Shown here: one piece after another, positions 7,367-11,990 of the stretch | How positions within the stretch are numbered: position 1 is the stretch's first letter | How the letters are laid out: every line of letters starts with the position of its first letter | DNA from: Candidatus Rokuibacteriota bacterium | Lineage (GTDB): Bacteria; Methylomirabilota; Methylomirabilia; Rokubacteriales; DASRDR01 | Reading direction: 5' to 3' | DNA: 11,990 nt | Assembly: GCA_044866005.1 (NCBI GenBank) | Contig: JBIOTN010000010.1 | Coordinates: 1 to 11,990, forward strand | Made by a program: the position numbers and the translations under genes | Notes under the pieces: model-generated | Database searches by the model: none | Told to the model about the DNA's origin: nothing | The model's input: only the letters and a program-made list of their open reading frames with translations

Positions 7367-8758
7367 ATGGTCCACCCCACCCCCACGCGCTCCGAGTCCA
7401 TCTCACGTCGCCAGCTTCTCAAGGGCACGGCCGCCGCGGCGGCCGGAGCCTCCGTGCTCGCGCGGGCCCCGGCGGCCCGCGGCCAGCGGCTCAAGGAGCT
7501 GCAGGTCTGGCACACCGAGGTCGATCCCAAGAGCGTCAAGGCGATCGACGAGATCATCGCCGACTTCGAGAAGGCGCACCCCGGGTTCAAGATCAAGCAG
7601 CAGGCCCTGGGCTGGGGCGACCTGAACACCAAGCTCCTCGCCGCGATCGCCGCAGGCGGCCCGCCCGACCTCACGCACCTGAACCCGTTCATGACGGCGT
7701 CGCTCCACGTGAAGGGCCTCCTCCGGCCGATGGACGACCTGGTGAGGCACCTGGGCGAGCAGAACATCCACGAGGCGACGCGGAAGCTCCAGTTCTTCGA
7801 CGGGAAGTACTACGGCGTGACCCACGCCATGGGCGGAACCTTCTACGCGTACCGGGCCGACCTGTTGCGCCAGAAGGGCCTCCGACCGCCCGAGACCTTC
7901 GACGACATGCTGAAGGTCGCCGCGGCCCTCACCGAGGACACCAAGACCGGGAAGCGCTACGGCGTCCAGATGCCGGGCGAGAAGCTCTACATGGGATTCG
8001 TGCACCCGGCCGAGACCCTGGCCTCGAACGGCGGCAGCTGGGTCGACGCGAAGACCTGGCGGCCGAAGCTCAACGACCGGCCGATGCTGGAGATCCTGGA
8101 GTTCTTCCAGAAGCTCGGGCGGTACATGCCCTCCGGCTGGTCCGGCCAGAAATACCTCGACACCCTGGCCGCCCTCGCCACCGACAAGGTGGCGCTCGTG
8201 TGGCTGAGCGGCGCGCGGACCATCGGCTACATCGAGCGGTATGCCCCGGAAGGGATGCGCGACCCCGACCATTTCCAGCCCATGTTCAAGGTGCACGGCC
8301 CGGGAGGCCCGAAGGGCATCGCCGCCCTCGACGGCGAGAACTGGGCGATCTTCACGCAGTCCCGGTACCCCGACGAGGCGATCGAGTTCCTCAAGCTCTT
8401 CTACAAGCGGGAGAACTACATCAAGTACTGCCACACGGTGCCGATCCACCTCACCCCGATCCTGACGCCGATCCTGAACGACCCCGAGTACCTCAGCCAC
8501 CCGACCATCAGGACGTGGCGGTCCTGGCACGACTTCATGGTCAAGGGACTGCAGGAGGGGCGCTTCCTGCCCATCGGCTTCACGCGACCGGACGACAACC
8601 TGCTCCCTTTCCTCGCGGAGCTGGACGGCTCGGGCATCGTCATGGACATGGTCAGCGGCGTGATGGCCGGCGGGAAGGGCGTGAAGGAAGAGGCCGACCG
8701 GGCCCAGCGGCGGGCCGAGGAGCTGTTCAGTCAGCTCGGGTTCAAGCGCTGGGCCTAA
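7367..8758 (+). CDS. Carbohydrate-type (CUT1) ABC transporter extracellular solute-binding protein, Tat-exported (463 aa)
   Basis: Strong RBS. Tat signal SRRQLLK...APAARGQ, then LQVWH, FEKAHPGFKI, AAIAAGGPPDL, DGKYYGV and YRADLL..KGL.PPETFDD, all typical of SBP family 1. Followed by two EAA-motif permeases. Confidence 0.92.
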   Translation: MVHPTPTRSESISRRQLLKGTAAAAAGASVLARAPAARGQRLKELQVWHTEVDPKSVKAIDEIIADFEKAHPGFKIKQQALGWGDLNTKLLAAIAAGGPPDLTHLNPFMTASLHVKGLLRPMDDLVRHLGEQNIHEATRKLQFFDGKYYGVTHAMGGTFYAYRADLLRQKGLRPPETFDDMLKVAAALTEDTKTGKRYGVQMPGEKLYMGFVHPAETLASNGGSWVDAKTWRPKLNDRPMLEILEFFQKLGRYMPSGWSGQKYLDTLAALATDKVALVWLSGARTIGYIERYAPEGMRDPDHFQPMFKVHGPGGPKGIAALDGENWAIFTQSRYPDEAIEFLKLFYKRENYIKYCHTVPIHLTPILTPILNDPEYLSHPTIRTWRSWHDFMVKGLQEGRFLPIGFTRPDDNLLPFLAELDGSGIVMDMVSGVMAGGKGVKEEADRAQRRAEELFSQLGFKRWA

Positions 8759-8763
8759 GTTTG

Positions 8764-8911
8764 TCCGGGGGGGTCTCGGAAGACCCCCCCGGATCCCCCC
8801 CCGGGGGTTGCGGCGGCGAAAGCCGCCGCTCGGAGGGACGAGCGTTCGTGTCGCCGTTCGGCGTGACCCGACGCGCGGGTAGCCCGATCGATCCCTAGGG
8901 CTTCGAGCCCT
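8764..8911. repeat. Multi-hairpin palindromic intergenic element (REP/MITE-like or structured RNA)
   Basis: Perfect 13-bp stem TCCGGGGGGGTCT-CGGA-AGACCCCCCCGGA (8764-8793); C8/G5 run (8795-8807); perfect 8-bp stem GCGGCGGC-GAAA-GCCGCCGC (8810-8829); CGCC-GTTC-GGCG (8852-8863); ACCCG-N5-CGGGT (8866-8880); AGGGCT-TCG-AGCCCT (8897-8911). The hairpins are directly visible, but repeat status cannot be shown from a single copy. Confidence 0.6.
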
Positions 8912-8915
8912 GCCC

Positions 8916-9788
8916 GTGCGGAAGAACGCGCTGGCCGGCTGGCTGCTCCTGTCCCCGTCGCTTCTCCTGATCGGCGGCCTCATCCTCTACCCCGTCTGCT
9001 ACAACCTCTGGCTCAGCCTCTTCGACAAGCACGCCTTCCTTCCCGTCCAGACGTTCGTCGGCCTCGGGCACTACCGGTACTTCGCCGGCGACGAGGAGTT
9101 CTGGTCGAGCTTCTGGTACGGGACGGTGTATTCGGTCTCCACGATCGTGATCCAGCTCGGCCTCGGCGTGGCGGCCGCGCTGCTCCTCCACGAGACGTTC
9201 CGCGGCCGGAACCTTCTCCGCGGCGTCGTCCTCTTCCCGTACATGATTCCGACCGTCGTCGCCGTCATCCTCTGGAAGTGGCTGCTCAACGACCAGTTCG
9301 GTCTGGTCAACCATCTCCTGCTCACGCTGGGGGTCGTCCGGACGCCGGTCCCGTGGCTGGGCAAGGACTACATCATGTGGTCGCTCATCCTGACGAGCGT
9401 CTGGCAGTTCTTCCCCTTCGTCGTCATCGCGTATCTCGCTCGACTCCAGACGATCCCGCCCGAGCTCTACGAGGCCGCGACGGTCGACGGGGCCGGCGCG
9501 TGGCGGCGCTTCCGGCACGTGACGCTGCCCCAGACGCGCAACGTGCTCTTCGTGATCATCCTGCTGCGCAGCATCTGGATGTTCACGAAGTTCGACACGG
9601 TCTGGCTGCTCGCCGGAGAGGGTGGCGTGGGACGGTACATCCGCACGCTGCCGGTGTACGCGTACATGCGAAGCTTCACGTATCTCCAGGCCGGCATGGG
9701 CGCCGCGCTCGCGGTGATCATGTTCACCCTCCTGATCGCCGCGACGGTCGCCTACTTCCAGCTCTTCCGCCGGCAAGAGGTCCTCTAG
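8916..9788 (+). CDS. Carbohydrate ABC transporter permease, MalF/UgpA-like (290 aa)
   Basis: GTG start. LLLSPSLLL..YP, FVGLGHY, PYMIPTVV, WKWLLNDQFGLVN and the EAA loop LQTIPPELYEAATVDGAGAWRRFRHVTLP. Confidence 0.92.
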   Translation: MRKNALAGWLLLSPSLLLIGGLILYPVCYNLWLSLFDKHAFLPVQTFVGLGHYRYFAGDEEFWSSFWYGTVYSVSTIVIQLGLGVAAALLLHETFRGRNLLRGVVLFPYMIPTVVAVILWKWLLNDQFGLVNHLLLTLGVVRTPVPWLGKDYIMWSLILTSVWQFFPFVVIAYLARLQTIPPELYEAATVDGAGAWRRFRHVTLPQTRNVLFVIILLRSIWMFTKFDTVWLLAGEGGVGRYIRTLPVYAYMRSFTYLQAGMGAALAVIMFTLLIAATVAYFQLFRRQEVL

Positions 9789-10627
9789 TGGGCACCCCGC
9801 GCCGGCGTGCCAGGCGGACCGCGCTCCTCTACGGCGGGGGGGGCGTGCTCTTCCTCGTCGCGGCGTTCCCGCTCCTGTGGATGCTCTCCACGTCGTTCAA
9901 GCCGTCCGGAGAGGTGTTCGCCACGCCGCCGGTTCTGGTGCCCCGCCACGCCACGCTCGAGAACTTCGTCCGCCTGTTCCGGGAATCGAATTTCCTCACC
10001 TACTTCGAGAACAGCCTCGTGGTCTCCCTGGCGACCGTCGTGCTGGCGCTGGCCGTCTCCACCGCCGGCGCCTACGGGCTCACGCGGTTCCGGTTCCCCG
10101 GGCGGGAGAAGGTGGCCGGGCTCATCCTGCTCACGTACATGTTCGCGCCGATCATGATCGTGATCCCCTTCTACATCCTGGTAAAGCAGGTCGGTCTCGT
10201 GAACACGCACCTGGCCCTGGTCCTCTCGTACACCACCTTCTGCCTGCCCTTCTGCCTCTGGCTGCTCCGCGCCTTTTTCGAGAGCATCCCGCTCGAGCTG
10301 GAGGAGGCGGCGCTGGTGGACGGCGCGGGGCGTGGCCGGGCCGTCCTGCACGTCGTCCTGCCGCTGGCCCTTCCCGGGATGATCGCGACCGGCATCTTCA
10401 CGTTCATCCTTGCCTGGAACGATTTCCTCTTCGCGCTCGTCCTCATCACCTCGGACGAGCTGAAGACCCTTCCCGTCGGCGTGCAGGACCTGTTCAACGC
10501 GACGATCGTGGACTGGGGCATGATCATGGCGGCCGGCGTCATGATCACCATTCCGACGATCGGGTTCTTCGCCGGCGTCCAGCGCTACCTGATCCAGGGC
10601 TGGGGCGCGGGGGGCGTGACTGGTTAG
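9788..10627 (+). CDS. Carbohydrate ABC transporter permease, MalG/UgpE-like (279 aa)
   Basis: GTG 9788 overlaps the upstream TAG (TAGTG). FPLLWMLSTSFK, ENF..LF, YFENSL, RFRFPGR, EAA loop FFESIPLELEEAALVDGA, FILAWNDFLFA and KTLPVG. Confidence 0.92.
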   Translation: MGTPRRRARRTALLYGGGGVLFLVAAFPLLWMLSTSFKPSGEVFATPPVLVPRHATLENFVRLFRESNFLTYFENSLVVSLATVVLALAVSTAGAYGLTRFRFPGREKVAGLILLTYMFAPIMIVIPFYILVKQVGLVNTHLALVLSYTTFCLPFCLWLLRAFFESIPLELEEAALVDGAGRGRAVLHVVLPLALPGMIATGIFTFILAWNDFLFALVLITSDELKTLPVGVQDLFNATIVDWGMIMAAGVMITIPTIGFFAGVQRYLIQGWGAGGVTG

Positions 10628-10640
10628 TGAGCACCCGAGA

Positions 10641-10669
10641 TTGACAAGGCTCCGGGAATTCCCCATGCT
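10641..10669 (+). promoter_or_regulatory. Sigma70-type promoter with a palindrome in the spacer, upstream of the CDGSH gene
   Basis: TTGACA (10641-10646) - 17 nt - CATGCT (10664-10669). The spacer holds a perfect 10-bp palindrome GGGAATTCCC (10654-10663). AAGGAGG RBS at 10700-10706. Confidence 0.6.
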
Positions 10670-10711
10670 CTAGCGAGACCCTGTCCCGACACCGACGCCA
10701 AGGAGGCCCAC

Positions 10712-10951
10712 GTGGAGAAGCCCACGGTCACGACCATCACCACCCGGCTGAACGGCCCTTACCTCGTCAAGGGCCCCATCCGCCTCGTCGACGCCGACGG
10801 CAACGAGTTCCGGGTCGACCGGGACGTGATCGCCCTCTGCCGCTGCGGCGGCTCGACGACCAAGCCGTTCTGCGACGGCACGCACTCGAAGATCGGCTTC
10901 CAGGCGGCGGAGAAGGCGGTCCGCGAGGCGCAGCAGAAGGGCGGGAGCTGA
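10712..10951 (+). CDS. CDGSH iron-sulfur ([2Fe-2S]) domain protein (79 aa)
   Basis: GTG start after AAGGAGG. NGPYLVKG followed by ALCRCGGSTTKPFCDGTH matches C-x-C-x2-S-x3-P-x-C-D-G-(S/T)-H with 3Cys-1His ligands. Confidence 0.95.
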   Translation: MEKPTVTTITTRLNGPYLVKGPIRLVDADGNEFRVDRDVIALCRCGGSTTKPFCDGTHSKIGFQAAEKAVREAQQKGGS

Positions 10952-10967
10952 GCCGGGCGGCGGGGTC

Positions 10968-11990
10968 ATGGCCACGAGCCTGACGTCGCGGCGGCACGCC
11001 CTCCCGGACGTCGCCGACCCCATCGAGTTCTGCCACGCGCAGGGGTGGACCGACGGCCTGCCCGTGGTGCCGCCGACCGCCGAGCGCGTGGAGCGCATGC
11101 TCCAGGCGTGCGGCCTCGAGCCCGGGCACGAGGTCGCGCGGATCGTCCACCGCGCCGTCTCGGTCACCGCGGAGAAGGTCGCGATCAACGCGGTGATGGC
11201 GGGGTGCAAGCCGGAGTACATGCCGGTCGTGGTGGCCGCCGTGGAGGGCATCGGGGACCCGGCCTGGAGCTACCACGGCCCCGGGACGTCCACCGGCGGC
11301 GCCGGCGTCCTGATCATCGTCAACGGGCCGATCGCGCGCGCGCTCGACGTCAACGCCGGCGACGACCTGTTCGGCCCGGGACGGCGGGCGAACGCCACCA
11401 TCGGCCGCGCCGTCCGGCTCGTCATGCGAAACGTCTGCGGCTCGCGGCCGGGCACGCTCGACCGGGCCACCCTCGGACATCCCGGCCGGCTCTCGTACGT
11501 GATTGCGGAGAACGAGGCCGAGAGTCCCTGGCCGCCCTTCCACGTCGAGCGCGGCTTCCGCCCGGAGCAGAGCACGGTCACGGTCATGGCGGCGGAGGGG
11601 CCGCACCAGTTCTACAACCAGCTCTCGGCGACCGCGGAGGGCCTCCTCACGACGCTGGCCGACGACATGCGCATCTCCGGGCACGTCATGGGGCAGCCCC
11701 AGTACCTGGTGATCTTCGCGGGCGAGCACATGCGGATCATCGCGCGGGACGGCTGGACCAAGCCTCGGATCCGGCAGTTCCTGTTCGAGCACACGCAGAA
11801 CTCGTACGCGCACCTGAAGCGGACCTACCGGATGTCGCGCCCGGTGGCGGACGGTGACGAGGCGCGGATGCGGCCGCTGGTCGGATCGCCCGAGGACATC
11901 CTGATCGTGGCCGCCGGGGGCCGCGCCGGGGCGTTCTCCGCCTACATCCCCGGCTGGGGCAGCAAGCGCTCCTCCCAGGCCGTCACCAAG
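10968..11990 (+). CDS. Conserved uncharacterised 'GWTDGLPVVPPT' protein, likely a partner of UGSC-type (seleno)proteins; truncated at the right edge (341 codons, no stop)
   Basis: Manual translation from ATG 10968: MATSLTSRRHALPDVADPIEFCHAQGWTDGLPVVPPTAERVERML...TAEKVAINAVMAGCKPEYMPVVVAAVE...TSTGG...IVNGP...FGPGRRANATIGRAVRL...GHPG...AENEAESPW..FHVERGF...GEH...GWTK...ILIVAAGG...SQAVTK. Open to the window end with the same GC-third-position bias as neighbouring genes. Missed by the ORF track. Family link is from recollection, not a search. Confidence 0.85.
   Translation, partial: MATSLTSRRHALPDVADPIEFCHAQGWTDGLPVVPPTAERVERMLQACGLEPGHEVARIVHRAVSVTAEKVAINAVMAGCKPEYMPVVVAAVEGIGDPAWSYHGPGTSTGGAGVLIIVNGPIARALDVNAGDDLFGPGRRANATIGRAVRLVMRNVCGSRPGTLDRATLGHPGRLSYVIAENEAESPWPPFHVERGFRPEQSTVTVMAAEGPHQFYNQLSATAEGLLTTLADDMRISGHVMGQPQYLVIFAGEHMRIIARDGWTKPRIRQFLFEHTQNSYAHLKRTYRMSRPVADGDEARMRPLVGSPEDILIVAAGGRAGAFSAYIPGWGSKRSSQAVTK

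Noticed and set aside
8764..8829. Rho-independent terminator
   Set aside because: Strong hairpins, but no U-tract follows on the + strand, and the site is internal to an SBP-permease operon. Reported instead as a structured element.
8830..8911. tRNA or known ribozyme in the multi-hairpin region
   Set aside because: No acceptor stem, D-loop or properly placed T-loop and no CCA end. No hammerhead core (CUGANGA) is recognisable.
2556..11857. Many long alternative-frame or antisense ORFs (e.g. 2556..3863+, 2581..4227-, 4371..5492-, 7240..8898+, 7403..8983-, 10767..11813-, 11045..11857+)
   Set aside because: They overlap well-supported genes, are low-complexity Arg/Gly/Pro-rich, and are expected from strong GC3 bias. 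No evidence for overlapping genes.

Overview
Very GC-rich bacterial chromosomal segment that is almost fully coding. The codon bias, Tat-exported non-lipoprotein solute-binding proteins and G/C-run intergenic hairpins resemble Candidatus Rokubacteria/Methylomirabilota, but that assignment is inference only. On the minus strand, a class I SAM-dependent methyltransferase is coupled (TGATG) to queG, which runs off the left edge. Divergent from it across a 39-nt gap is a long-chain chromate transporter (chrA). Next come a complete five-gene HAAT/Liv-family ABC importer and a CUT1 (sugar-type) ABC importer with a binding protein and two permeases but no ATPase. The window ends with a separately promoted pair: a CDGSH [2Fe-2S] protein and an uncharacterised protein of at least 341 aa with a 'GWTDGLPVVPPT' motif. 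That last ORF and queG both lack a stop in the window and are missing from the ORF track. No transposase, CRISPR array, tRNA or rRNA was seen. The best leads are the CDGSH + DGLPxxPPT pair (possible Fe-S/selenoprotein-linked redox module), a densely structured ~150-nt intergenic element at 8764-8911, a symmetric TATACT element that may act as a bidirectional promoter, and a sequence motif shared by two 5' UTRs.
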